The position numbers and the translations under genes were made by a program. The notes beneath the pieces were generated by a model. It was given only the letters and a program-made list of their open reading frames with translations, ran no database searches and was not told the DNA's origin. This document shows, in pieces, positions 37,826 to 51,518 of a stretch of 64,000 nt of DNA; the first letter of the stretch is position 1; every line of letters begins with the position of its first letter. Origin of the DNA: Oopsacas minuta (Eukaryota; Animalia; Porifera); assembly GCA_024704765.1 (NCBI GenBank), contig JAKMXF010000327.1, positions 1 through 64,000 on the forward strand, in the 5' to 3' direction.

Positions 37826-39117
37826 GTAAAATACAAGTAGTAGTATTATACAAAAAATATAATAATTTGGGTGTATTATAACGAAGTATTTTAGTCGGAC
37901 ATTTTGCCCCATAAAACATAAATCAAACTGAAGGTATAGTATCAGATATTCGTTGGGTAGCGAGAACTTTCTCATTTTTGTGTAGTTTAGTTAAGAATTT
38001 TAGAATTTGATTGTGTAATATTGCTCATGGGTGTTGCCCGGATATCTGATCCGTTCTGGTTGTTAGTTTGGATATTTGCAAACGATTTCTCGTTGATGAG
38101 TAGGATATTTTTCGGGATTAGTTAATATATTGCCTCAAGTTGTTGAATTTTGATTTTTTTTCTCACTATTTTGTACAGATGCAGGCGCCAATACGAAAAA
38201 CACTAGTTTGGAGAGTATGATTAAATAAGGTAATTCTTTGACACTTTATATATCCTGTGAATTTTCCGAGGGTGAAAGGTCCGGGAGGAAGTGCCTGCCA
38301 TTCTTACGTAGTTGTAATACAATAATATGCATTATAAAACCTCTGGGAGCCAGTCAACTCGTCCCTATTTTTGGGAACTAATCGTCTTTAATTTTGGTCA
38401 ACTTGTACATATTTTACACCCACTCGATGTTGTCTTAGAGTATTTCCTATTGCTAGTGGACCCAGATTTTTTCTTGTACTAGTCATACACGCGCTTCCAG
38501 CTGTTGATCACAGGATTTTACGCCCCTAGATGTTGAGTTGACTAGGGGCGAGTTGATGTATGGTACGAGTTGACTGACAACCAAACCTCTATGCATAATA
38601 CGAAAGAATAAAGTAACAAATAGAGAGAATTTACAATCATTAAATATGGTAGTGTACCAATCAGTCAAAAAGTTAAACACGCTATCTTTAAATTTGTAAA
38701 GGCCCTGCTCCTCCCGCTCCCATAGGACTACACCCCTGGCCACGATCATATTCAGAATACCCAAAAGAACTTACCTCTGAATAGTTGTTGTTCTATCAAT
38801 TATTTACAATAACTTGTTGAGCTTAGGTCACATAATACAGCATGTAATCTAGCTTTAACTAATCAGAGATATTAATTACTGTAATGTCTATTTCCCATGA
38901 TAGAAGGGGAACTATAGCGGTATAGCCTATAGGACATACTACTATGTTAATTAATAAGATAAAACTAGAAAGCTATTTAATTAATAAACAATTATGAACC
39001 TAAACATACAATTAATTAAGATCGTCCAAGTGTATGTTAGAATATTCAGAAGATAAACAAGTTACAAACACACAACAATTATATTGACAAGTTCTAAAGT
39101 CATACAAACTGCTGTAT

Positions 39118-40005
39118 CTATATAGAAGCTAGCTTGAGAGGAATATTCACATTCAGAGAGGTGGGGAATAGAGAATGATAGTTTAACTCAGGGATGTAAT
39201 GAGACTTCACTAACCTACCTATGTATGAAATAGAGTTAAAAAGTAATAATAATCAACATTAATAGTTAAAACAGACCTGAAAAGAATTTTCCTGTAAGAG
39301 CATTGACAATAGAAGATGCAATAGAAGGAGTTTGAGCTTTCACATAAACATTACCCTAAAAATTGATAAATGAATAATCACAGGCTAAACATAGTATACA
39401 GTGGAACCGGCATAATTATAAACAGACACCTGTATAATCCGGAAGACCTCTATAATCAGAGAGTGTTTCTGATCTGAATAGCTTACGACAAATTAACTTG
39501 AATAATCCGACAATTAGCTAAACCGACAACATTTCATGTCCCAACGAGTGTCGGTTTATGCAGGTTCTACTGTATACAATTCCATTCTACTAAATTCCCA
39601 GTATTCTATTGCAAAAAAATTCTGATTTCAAATTTTGGCCTGGATTCAGGTATAAACAAATAGATTATTATCTATTCTCCTATTAAATGAAAATAGCTAG
39701 AAAATAGAAAAATTCCCCTCTATGAAGATAATCTAGGAATCTTAGGAGAGTTGGGAGGTAAGCTAAATTACAGTAGTTCTTACCTGTGAATTCTTGTCCA
39801 CATGTATATGATAAGTATGTCCAAACGTCATACACTCTCTGAGCACGTCATCACGGACTTCAGCATCCCAATGATTATCTGTTTCTTTGTTCCTATTACA
39901 GATATGTATTATGAAATATAATCGGTAAGTACATAGCCTATGGTAATCATGTTCTTATAACCGAAATCTAGCATCTACTGTATACATAAATGTACATAGA
40001 AAAAG

Positions 40006-40103
<98 letters not shown>

Positions 40104-43100
40104 ATATCTTCTACAATCTTACATTAATAAACTTACGGGACAAACATATTCTCTAATACAAAACAAGAAGATATATAATTAGAAGGAGCTGTCAGGGCGC
40201 TAGTTGGGGTACCCATTCCTGGAACTGTTAAACCTATATAAGAGATAATCAATACTAACCTGCCCGGTATCTAATAATTATCACCAAACAGATAATTCCG
40301 CTAAATAAGAAGGCTTGTAACATAAAGTTAGGAGGCTTATCAGTTATTACTTATTGATCACAAGTATATATATATATTGATGGTTGGTGGTAGAAATTCT
40401 GGGGCCAAACCTTACCTAACGGCTTATATAATCGGAGTATATTGTATATGTAATCTATAATATTAAATCATAATTGTTGTTTGTTTGTCCGTTGTCAAGG
40501 AAAAGGATTTACGGTATGCAATTTTGAAATTGTCGCATAACTATGTATTTATCGTGTTTATCAAGGAAGTAATAGAATTCAATAAAACTTCACTAAATAT
40601 CGAACATGCTGATTGCTGAATCCGATTTTCACACTTTTGGATTAATCATATATAAATTTATTATTGTTTTTATGAATATAAAGTAAACAAATTAGTCAAA
40701 TTTCGAAATATACATACAGGCTTGCTCTAAACGGCTACCCAGGGGTAACTAAGCTAATTTCGCATTTTTAAGTTTCTCATTTGTAAATTTATTGTTGTTT
40801 TTATGAATATAAAGTAAACAAATTTCAAAATTGAAGTAGAATCATACTTTCAATGACTATCCTGGAGTATTCGAGTATGCTGAGTCCGAATTTGGTATTG
40901 TAAACAATATATTGTGAATATTTGTTTACTTTTAGGTGCATAAAGTAAACAAATTTCAAAATTGAGTAGAATCATACTTTCAATGACTATACTGGTATTC
41001 TCGAGTATGCTGAGTCTGAATATTGTAAACAACATCAATATTATTAAATATCAATTGTTGTTTGTCTGTTTATTTGTCCGTTGAATACCTCGAGGTGCAT
41101 TGCGCTAAGTTCATCGCGAAGCGATGAGCCAAAGGCTTGTTAATATATAAAACAATATGTGATAGATACCTGCGTTGTGAGTGAGAGAGAGTTTTGCCAT
41201 GAGGTTAGCTCTTGATAATGACGTCATTCCTATACCAGTCCTGTCTATATCTTCCAGGTCCATTATCCCCATACCTCCTGCAGTGTTCACAAGAGATTCA
41301 AGATGGAGGTTGTCTGTCACGTGTGTCACAGTTATAGACTTACCAGCTAACACAAACCCGTTAAGATGCTCAGACGCTTGTCGAGCTGCTTCTGGGTCCT
41401 TGAACTAATACAAACAAATATAATAGAATTATACATTTATGAAATAATGATTGGAAATCTATATCTGTAGTACTTTTAAACAGAAATAATCTGAAAATAT
41501 GTTTGTATATAGATTCAGAGTATATCGAATAAACTGGAATAACCCAGAGAGAGGTCAGAGTCCCTATTGGGATACAGGGCAGGAGTGTTCGACGCTGGTT
41601 CGGACAAGATCAAGTCTTAAACGAAAACCACTGCTCTGTCACTGTGAAAACTAAATAACTGAAGCTCGCATCACACAATAAACATTAGGTAGCCTGAAAT
41701 TAAGCACTCAGATTTCGGCCACTATTCAATATTTATACCTATAATATTCCACCAAGTAACATTTATGTATTTACTATATTTTTGTTTACTTTCTTCTACG
41801 AGAATTTTGATGGGCGAATCTAAGGGGTGCAATGGAACCATTACCCTCTCATAATTTCTCAATTGTACAATCAAATGCATAATGTGTTCAGGACCTATCA
41901 CCTCCACCGCCCAGTTTTGTCCCTCTATATGTTAGTGCCTATGACATGACAGTCCATTAGAATCTACATATTTCCTTAATCCCACATCCAATCTAAGTGG
42001 GTTATTATAATTGTTATTCCTCGAGCCAACATCTTCCCTAACATTGTATAATAATATACATTCTGTACTTGGTGGACAATCAAGAATGTAAATATAATTT
42101 AAACTATTTCTACCTAACACAAGTAAAAACTATAAATAAATACCTCTGCTATTGCAGTGCCTCTCGATTTTCCACTAGGATCACATACAATATCAACTGT
42201 TTCAACCTAAAATAAACGTGATGTATTATAATACCGCAGTTGTTAATATATTCTAATAACACATATGTAACTAACCAGACCAAATGGCTCCAGCACAGCT
42301 TTTATCATAGTCTCATCTATATTACTGTGTAAGTCAGAGATATATACTTTTGTAGGTCCTAAACTTGCCTTCTTCAACTTTTCGTTCAACTCAGCTATCC
42401 TAAATTATAACATTAAGAAGCATACAAATAAATTGATTGAAAGATTACTTTAGTAATTTCTGACCTATTCTTCTCAGCTTGAGTAGCCTGTATCATGACA
42501 GGCTGTCCGTTTAATTTCTGTCCACTCATAGCAATAGCAAGAGCTACAGATATTTCATTAGTGAATTCTACATAAGCTATTCCTTTAGAACGCCTCGAAT
42601 TTCGATCTGAAATCATACGAACGTCTTCTACCTATATGATAGAGGAAAGAAAAAGTATGTTACAATACAATTTGACAAAATTTGTGATATTTAAATGATA
42701 TGAAAAAAAGTGTCCCAAAAATTATTCCAATTTTTTTATCAATATAATTCGAATACCTACCTGTCCTACTTTAAGGAAGAAGTGCTCTACATCTCTCTCA
42801 CTAGTGTGTGCTCCTACCTGCATAACCATAACAGTTCTGCTGTCTCTTTCAGCTGCATCAGGTCCTGGCTCCGGTAGGATAGACCTACCTGATCTGAAAA
42901 TATATAAAATTTATAATCAATAGAACAGTCAACTTCCTCAACATTTCAATACAGCAATTTGTAAGATATACTAAATTAACTAATCTGTATATACGTGTAT
43001 ATATGTTTGTATGTTCGGAATTATTGAAGAAAATTCACACCTATGACGAAACTATGACGTCATTGTCACCTTTGTGGAATTTCGAAAATCACATTATTAA

Positions 43101-44841
43101 CCACTGCTCCATAGGTACAAAGAAAATTACCTTAAATACTTATGCTAATCTGAGGAACTAAGCTGTCGCTTAGTGACCTAGCAAGCGAAGCGCTAGTTAC
43201 AAATAAAATGACATATCTAATGACGTCAGTTTATATGTAATTACGACTTACTTGGGTGTGACCATCCTTCTGAGCTCTCGCATAGCTCTCTCCTTCTCGA
43301 AGGAGCGTCTAATTGGAGATCTGGAATTTTCACGCGGTTTCATATAGTGTCTATCCCTAGGACTACGTGACTCCTCATGTTCCATCCTTTTCCCCCTTGT
43401 ATCACCATCTCTATGATACCGCCTATCAGGGCTGTAGAGAATATATTACATTAATATAACATAGTATAGTACAGATAAATACAACGGAGTCTCCGAATAA
43501 CGGACACGTTGGTGACATGGCTTATGTCCGTTGTAGAGAATTATCCGCTTCTCGGAGACTGGTCCATCTTTTAATCAAAACACCTAATATGTATCATTTT
43601 GAATGCATTTTTACATGTATTAAAGTTGATAGTTACGGGAGAAGTCACAAGTTTATTATACTGTGATATGAATTAATATAACATAGAGTGATGACTGATG
43701 AGTAATGTAAACATATTGGCATTGCTTTATACTCTATATAGTATAATGGGTGCCAAATAAGTCAGGAAGATAACTTTGTCTACTGGTTGACACTTGCAGA
43801 CTAGCTACAGTATCTATTGTGGTGACAATGCCTATAGCTACTTCAAAACATTCTCGACTTTCACAATTTTTGGGAAAAAAAGTAAATAGAAGATTCGCTG
43901 ATGTTATGGGAGAGAAAGAAATCAGAGGACTTGTATAGCACTCATATTATTATGTAAATTTTGTGATATCTATGAAAATTTTTGGTTGCAGTTTCTGGTT
44001 GTCCGTTCTTGGGAGATAATTTTGCATTAAGACACGCCATTCGGGGCCAGTTCCCTGTCCGTTTCCAGAATTCGGAGTTGGGCGCTCCTTGGAGACTGCT
44101 TAAGTATTATAAGCTTGGCAAATTCAATCCGTGCCACGAGGTTTGTCCGTTGTAGGGGGGTTCTCCGCTTCTCGGAGTGTCCGTTTTGGGAGACTCCACT
44201 GTACATATATTCCAGTATGATTAGTTGAAAAGCAAGTGATAATCGTATAAGGAATATAAGGCATATTTTCAAAGGGGGGGAGATTAATCGTTGGGAGCAC
44301 TTTGGGTGTACGGGTATTTGTCATATATATTTACGCATAATAAAACAAAAAGTAGGCTTCAGACCCCCTTAGCCCTCTAGATCTGCCCCTGAGCTATATA
44401 TTATTAGCTTACCTCCTGTTAACAGGACTCCTATCTCGGATCTTCTCTCTGTGGTGGTGACGATGATGGTGGTGATGATGATGGTGATGATTTCGTCTGT
44501 CTCTGCTCTCTGAAGAGTTTTGAGGAGAGCGAGACCTGTGTCTTATGTGTCTAGATAATAACATAATAATAAGATAATACAGTATATAATAATTAAAACG
44601 AATTTCCGGGTAGTACGAACACAATTTTGGACCATAAATGGATTTGAATAAAAATGACATTTGTTCATTTGATATCCGTAAATATAACTCACTTCCTTCT
44701 GTGACGTTCTTCTTTCAAATCTCTTTCATTCTATATACAAGATAATATTAAACTTCATACAAAGAGTATTATAGTAACATAACTCACTGATTTGGTAATA
44801 GGAGCTTCGAGCATAGCATCCACATCAAATTCATCTGCCAT
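39118..44841 (-). CDS. RBM39: RBM39/CAPER splicing factor, 13 coding exons: 44841-44788, 44730-44693, 44550-44413, 43431-43252, 42893-42761, 42631-42465, 42399-42276, 42206-42144, 41404-41170, 40233-40137, 39892-39784, 39355-39277, 39218-39118
   Basis: MADEFDVDAMLEAP N-terminus, then an RS region, RRM1 (ERDSRTV..ISDRNSRRSKGIAYVEF), RRM2 and UHM (WDAEVRDDVLRECM..GNVYVK). All junctions are GT-AG and in phase. Confidence 0.93.
39399..39572. mobile_element. Tigger-type MITE in RBM39 intron
   Basis: TA|CAGTGGAACC ... GGTTCTACTG|TA. Confidence 0.7.
40006..40102 (+). repeat. Perfect (CAA)n microsatellite, ~32 units, in RBM39 intron 10
   Basis: Direct reading of the sequence. Confidence 0.97.
40440..41155 (-). 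mobile_element. Stacked Helitron-like copies with an internal ~130-bp tandem duplication, in RBM39 intron 9
   Basis: Reverse complement of the 37040 family. AAAGTAAACAAATTTCAAAATTG..GAGTATGCTGAGT occurs twice (~40810 and ~40945). Confidence 0.6.
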
Positions 44842-46441
44842 AGGTCTGTAATATGAAAATCAGAGATTACTACAAGCTATGAGAGGCACAGATCAATGAT
44901 TTATTCCAATGAGAAGATTAATACGTAAATGTATCGCTGTAATAAATGTATTATTGAATGGTTATTATTTCTTAGGTATACAAAAACTGAAGCATTTGGA
45001 AACTATATAGTTAGTACAGTAGATGTTATCTATTGTACAAATCTCTAATTGTACACATAAAATGTCCTTGATTATACACTTGTTAACCCCCAAGGGATCA
45101 AAAATCTTACTCATATTAAGAGAACTTAATGTAATACAGATCCTATGGAATGATTTATTGGGGCAGTAACTTGGTCATAATAACAGACCCACTTCCATAA
45201 AAGGCCATATTTTCTAAAATTGTCAACCCAAAACCACTTTGCCTAGTGGCGGACAATTCACGAAAAACATCCGGTAAATACATATACGTAATATATATAT
45301 ACGATTTATGAGTATCTATTCGCAAATGAATGTTAGATTTGAGGAAATATTCAATAGAATACATAGATGGTACATGAAAGGGTAACTATTTCAAATATAT
45401 ATATATTAGAATAAGCTGTATTCCTAAGAATAATCCATTAGACCGGGCATGCTACAAAACCTAACTAGCATACCTCGTGTAGATCCACGAACCGGATAGG
45501 AGTAGGAAGTTGATTCCCTATAAAGTTGAAGTAATTAATCAAATGTTATTTCTGAGTCAATAAATAGTTGAATCAGGCAAATAATGGAATTTTGAGTTGA
45601 TTTCATGTTATCATCAGATATCGAGCAGCAGTCGATTGTAGGTAAAAGGAATATTATATGGAGATATTAAGAACAGCGGGCGTGAGAGAGGGACAGATTG
45701 TTAAAAGTTTGCAAGGATTTCACCAATCTTAACTCAGAAAAGTGTATAGGCTAATTGCTAATATAATCTCTGTTGCTATTGCGTAGCCCTCTCTAATTGA
45801 CATGATTGAAGAATCAAACCCAAAATATTGTGAACAAAGGTATTGCAGTGCCAATCAGCTCAACCCAAGATTAAGATATGTCCAGATTCAAAATCTGAGT
45901 CAAGAAAATAATAATCCCTTATTATCCCACTTTAGTCTCAGCAGACTATCATTTTTGTGATATCCATTAACTTCTTTTCTAGTGCGGACAACCCAGTTGG
46001 CCTCAACCCCCGTACCCCAAATCTTCTGATTACGCCTCTGTGACCAAGTTTTACAATTGTATATCAAAGTTATTGTATGTAATACGTGTGTGGATATGTA
46101 CCCGTTACACCAATAACAATAATCAAACCATGGATATTGAACTGTTATACGCAACATAAGATAACAGGACTTACTAAATTCAGAATTTTCAGAATTTCCT
46201 ATTAAATAACCCTCGGAGACTAATCCGAACCAAAGAGTTTACAAATAATCATCCTATAATAACCTATATCCCATCATCCCTCTAACATCTGTAGCTAGTC
46301 CTCACTGAGCTAGATACCTAAAATTAATTCTTCTTCTCTCATGCCCTCACCGCTATCTACGATTTAGAGAAATATAATATAATTAGTGACTGACTAATCA
46401 GAATGAATAATTTGGTAATGCTATGCTAAGTGAATGGGACT

Positions 46442-46745
46442 CTACTCAAGTTTGAGAAAGCTCTTGAGTTCTGCAGACTCTATCGCGTCCTCAAACGCTA
46501 TGAAGTCTCCACAGTACTCATCTCCATTGCATATCTGAGGCGGTAGAGCTTTATCGTTGCCTGCAAGCTCTCGCATTTTGGTTCTAACCTCAACAGAGGA
46601 GGCAATGTCTAGAGTGACATAAGCAATACCTAGAGAGGAGAGGACAGTCTATCTTCTGTTGCTGCTTCTTAATCTCTAAATTACTCAATACGCTGGAGAA
46701 GTACAAGGTGAGAGATGGGGTAGTAGTCTCAATAGGGACAGCCAT
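46442..46745 (-). pseudogene. SH3BGRL3-like glutaredoxin-fold protein, intronless, with a frameshift at ~46646
   Basis: LYFSSVLSNLEIKKQQQKID / VLSSLGIAYVTLDIA..MRELAGNDKALPPQICNGDEYCGDF..LKSFLKLE*. The span is 304 nt, 2 nt short of in-frame. Confidence 0.8.
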
Positions 46746-47275
46746 TCTACAGTATAGAGGTAGATTAAGATAAGAAGGAGCTATAGAGGACTAAACTAAA
46801 CGTGTGATAATTAACAACAACGTATTATACATTTATACAAGTATATACACACTGATCTATAGCACACTGATATATACACACTGATCATAAACTCAGATCA
46901 AGATTAGCATAGAATAATTAACAAATATACACAATATTGAATAGGGTACAGTTAAGTGTATAGGCTTGACTGACACTTTCAATGTTTGAGGGTAAGTTCG
47001 GGTGATTATTTGGGTACAGGAGTTACACAAATTAAGTTAGCAGATAAGGGATTATGTACAATCAGTGAATTAAGGTACAGGAGCATTTGTTAGTATAATG
47101 GGAGAGAAGAAGTCGCCAATTCGCCATATGTCAGAAGTATTATATATTAAATTGAGTGCTCATCCCAATTCTGATGGCCTTACACCTAAAGAGTCTTTTC
47201 TGATTATTTTACGTGTCTAGGCTATGCTTACGAATTTAGTTGGCCGACTGTTTGCATGCCTGTGTAGTGTATATA

Positions 47276-47702
47276 CAGTAGAACCTCTATAAGTGGGGAG
47301 GTTAGGCCTGAGAATCTTCTAATAACCCCCATTCCCCATTTATATTTTCAATGTAAATGTCTTTGAATGAGAGATATTTGAGTCAATCTGTTATAGCTAC
47401 TTCCTCCAACCATTGTCTTTTCAATGATGTTTTCATTATAAAAATATCCCCAAAGGTTTAAGGTTGTTGGTTTAATATAAAAATTTGTAAGTTTTCTTCT
47501 GAGAAACCAAAAATTTCAATTCATAATAGCGTGTTTTCTCCAAATTTAGCACAAAGAATGAATAATCAAGAAGTTTATCATAGAATTCATTTATAGAGGT
47601 AAATTTCAATGGTACATGGTGTGAGGCATAATTTCCTCTAAAGTATGCCCATGGAAATTAATGAATGTGGACCAAAATTTCCCACTTATAGAGGTAACAC
47701 TG
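47276..47702. mobile_element. Tigger-type MITE (427 bp)
   Basis: TA|CAGTAGAACCTCTATAAGTGGG ... CCCACTTATAGAGGTAACACTG|TA. Confidence 0.8.
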
Positions 47703-48316
47703 TATACAGTTAAAAGTTGAACCTATACACAGAATACTTATGCCTTGATAACCTGAGTAAGGCTATTGGCACATACTGCTTGGGGTCAAATGTTTATCCA
47801 TTAAAAACGGTAAGTTATATATTATATTATCCCTGGTTCCATAGAGTTGTTAATATATCAAGCCGTGAACTACGTAGATCATCATCAAGCGTTAAAATGG
47901 ATAAAGGCTTTAAGAGTACGGACTAGCACTCTAGCAGGCACTACATAGAGCTAACATTCATTCCACTTGGTTTGGCACCAAAATATTTGTAATTCTTTCC
48001 ACAGCTCCTTTAAGTGAATTTACCTAATCTGCAGGGAAATGTGTGATTTTATGACATCAAAAAGGTGCTACAATCTCGATTTGGGTGTGGGAATAGGTTA
48101 AACGAAATTTTAGTGTTCGTTTTCGTTACGAATGTAACACTTCGGCAGTAATCGGATAAAGTGAGATATTAACAAATTATCAGTAACATATTGTTCAAAA
48201 TATATTTCATCAAGAAAAGAATGAGGGTAGTAGTTAGCTAGGAGTTATTTAGCTCAGGTCCAATTATAGTATAGTACAGTAACCTAAGAAGAGTAATTAC
48301 AGAAATGATATGATAG

Positions 48317-49408
48317 TTACTTCTTCTTTTTCAGCTCTTCGAATCTCCTGGACAGATCGTCTAGATCCAAATCGTCATCACTGTCATCTTGAGTAGTAGC
48401 AGGAGGGTTGGAGTTTGGGACAGATGGAAGCTCAAAATCAGGAGCTGCAGGAGCTGTTGGTTCTGATTCAGCCTGGGACTGTGGAGGATACCCGGGGTCT
48501 AATGGTACCTTCTCTACATCAGGATAAGATGGGGGACTAGAGTTAGGGGGATAAGCTAGATTTTCTTCAGAGGGGTTGTGAGGATGAGAAGAAGGCAATC
48601 CTGGCGCGGTTTGAGGTGGATAGGGAGCAGCTCCACCAGAGGGAGGGGGGTAGGGAGAGACAGCTCCTTGAGGGGAGTACTGCTGAGTAGAGGGAGGGTA
48701 AGGAGGATTGTTGAAGGAAGGACCAGAAGGAGGGTAGCTAGAGGGAGGAGGACCTCCAAAAGAAGGAGGGTAACCAGGACCAGATGGAGGAGAGGGGCCG
48801 CGGGGATCTAACTGGAAAGTCTTCTCAGTGATAGGCTCAGGAATATTTCCCTCTATCATAACAGATGTGTCAAGATCGTAATGCACGTTATAGTTCTTAG
48901 CTATTACTGACATATACTGCTCTACAAGACTTGGGGAAGGAGCTTGTACTCCCAGCCTATGTATCACTTTCTCATTCACAGCACCTGTACGGTTAGCTCG
49001 GGCCTGCTCACCGAATGTCTTACCGAATTTCAGAGACAGCTGTTTGGACACCTGTTCCAGCTCCTGTACGTCTGCTTGCAGGCGGGGTGTAGCCCAGATG
49101 AGTGTGTTCACAGCTTCGGAGAGTCCTTCCTCACAGTAAGCCATCGTCTCTAATAGACCCATACGGGCTAGTAACAGGTCACAATACAATTCTAATATTT
49201 CCATAGCTTCCACCAGATAGTCCTCTCGCACAATATGCTCTACCTTGATGCGAGCTCTCTCTATTCGCCCGTTCTTTATCAGATCCGCAATCTCCCTGCG
49301 AGCCTTCATAGCCTGCTCAGTCTTTTTCTTCTCTAGTAGCTTGAACCGCTGCATGGACAGCTTCAGGTTCACTTGTAGTTTGCTTGATTTGAATCCACCA
49401 CCCAACAT
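48317..49408 (-). CDS. IST1: IST1 ESCRT-III-associated factor, intronless, 363 aa
   Basis: MLGGGFKSSKLQVNLKLSMQRFKLLEKKK..IKVEHIVREDYLVEAMEILELYCDLL, a Pro-rich linker, a MIM2-like FELPSVP and a C-terminal MIM1 DDLSRRFEELKKKK. Confidence 0.96.
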   Translation of the reverse strand: MLGGGFKSSKLQVNLKLSMQRFKLLEKKKTEQAMKARREIADLIKNGRIERARIKVEHIVREDYLVEAMEILELYCDLLLARMGLLETMAYCEEGLSEAVNTLIWATPRLQADVQELEQVSKQLSLKFGKTFGEQARANRTGAVNEKVIHRLGVQAPSPSLVEQYMSVIAKNYNVHYDLDTSVMIEGNIPEPITEKTFQLDPRGPSPPSGPGYPPSFGGPPPSSYPPSGPSFNNPPYPPSTQQYSPQGAVSPYPPPSGGAAPYPPQTAPGLPSSHPHNPSEENLAYPPNSSPPSYPDVEKVPLDPGYPPQSQAESEPTAPAAPDFELPSVPNSNPPATTQDDSDDDLDLDDLSRRFEELKKKK

Positions 49409-50496
49409 GTTAAAATTAGAAATTAGTAGTTAATGCTTCTCTAAAGGTAAATATACTAAACAGATAGATTATCATTGCTATATTAGAGCCACATGATCAC
49501 CTTCTGAATGACTCCATAGAACTAATGTAACCAAATATCTAATAATAGAGTCCGTAAAGGTATCTGTAAATGGTTGCTGTCTATATAGAAACTTGTATAG
49601 ACTTACGTAATTAGCAAGAATTTAAACACAGATCAGATTTGGTATTACAATTTCCTGACAATAATCAATGCTAATGTAAGAATGAAAATTTCCAAACATG
49701 GTATGATTATTGTAATTCTAGTCGCAAGAATATTTGAAAGTAGTTTATTATTTCTAGGATCTTTCCAATTATCAATATACACTATACTATTTGTGGTAGT
49801 CCAGCAGAAGTTTGAAAAAGTATGCAATGTAGCCATATAATGTGTTTTTGTTTGATTCATCATCTCAGATGCTTTCTGAGTCCAGAATCAAAAACATTAT
49901 ATATGAACGACATTGCACACTTTATCAAAATATGCCATTTGGTGTCTGGACTATAGTAGAATGGTTGCATTATACACCTGATGAAAAGTCAAATTACAAA
50001 TAAAGCGGATTCAGGTTTGCATATACAAATCTCATCCGTACATAATAGCTGAAATCAGCATTATGAAGGTCTACATAGTTGAGCACCCTAGTTATAGTTG
50101 TCAACTTTTATAAAAAATTATCCGTGAGATTTCCATCATAGGAACAGTTGCATTTAGCAAGTTTGATATTATGTGAAATGGATGGCTGATAGGAATTCTA
50201 ACACCATTATACCATATATACCGTATTAGTGTTATTTCTTTATGAATCACTGTTATAACTTCAATTCCCAAAAGATTTAAGTGAGAAAATAATAATCAAA
50301 CTAAGATTGTGTGCAAATCCGTGAGACTTGACAACTATGACAACCAGTCATAACTAATGAATTGACACAAAAGTGACCATGGCTTTGTTTTCAGGAAATT
50401 ACTTAGAAGCGAAACAATTTATATAAATGTGGCAAGATTTTAAAACCTAATCTGAGTAATCTCTAATCCCAACCATCTTATTGAATGTTTCATTGA

Positions 50497-50592
50497 AAGA
50501 TGTGAAATATGATTATCCATAACAAGGTGTGAAAATATGATTATCTATAACAAGGTGTGAAAATATGATTATCTATAACAAGGTGTGAAATT
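50497..50592 (+). repeat. 28-bp tandem repeat (~3.3 copies)
   Basis: AAGGTGTGAAAATATGATTATCTATAAC starts at 50524, 50552 and 50580. Confidence 0.9.
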
Positions 50593-51518
50593 TGTATTTT
50601 AGAGTACGTATTTAATTAATATCATATTTGTAAATCTCTACCCAAAAAATGTACCAGTGTGGCAATTTCATTGTAAGCCTCCTTGAGTTCGTAGGAACAG
50701 AATGATACCGCACATCGTTCATATCATTAGGGTATCTTCTTATAGATGCAGTTGACGCACTAAAATATTTATAACTAGACCAAGTACGTAGTCATCATTC
50801 AGTTAGATAAACAATGCTCGCACAGTCGTACCTTTAAATAATTAGAGCTTGAGATGACATACCTACAAACTTGTAAGTATTTGATGGCAGTTAAGAGAAG
50901 ATTAATCATAGTATCTCATATATTAAATCTCTCGACGGTGTTTTATGGTTTGTCTATGTTGATTGAAGAATTGGTAAGAGCTACGAAACTTGAGATTGGC
51001 ATGTGCATACAATTTGGTCCAACTTAGATGAAGTTCAAATTTCTAAGCGAAATCTTCACTCATCTCTGAGAAAGGGTGACAAAAGGTCACAAAATTCTTC
51101 AAATGCCAATTGGATTAACACGTAACTACTTTGTGAATTAAAATATAAGCAGTAAGTAGCTATATTGAGTCGTTATAATGGTTTTATGACTAAGCAGACA
51201 ATCATATGTATTAGTTTAATTGATTGTATACAAATTGTAAGTAATACTAATCTGAGACTGTAAATTGATTGAATTAGAAATAATACACAGCTGTAAACGA
51301 ATTTCGATTTGACTAATGTATTATTAGTCATATAGCTACCAGTATAGTATGTACATATTCTAGAGGCGACTTCTACGAACATGAAGTGTTCGCCCAAGCC
51401 GCGGAGCTTGTTGGATTAACTTAACTAGTAGGATAATGACATGTTCATAAAGTCGTTATATAACATATATGATAATAACCAGCAATACATGTAACTATCT
51501 GCCGTAACAATAGCGAAA

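Noticed and set aside
34966-37881. Paired ORFs MIGLPSE.. as two genes
   Set aside because: They are mirror images from inverted-repeat arms and are not independent evidence of coding.
48556-49433. Alternative-frame and antisense ORFs over IST1 (also over the transposases, NR, actin and UTP4)
   Set aside because: They are shadows of real GC-richer CDSs.
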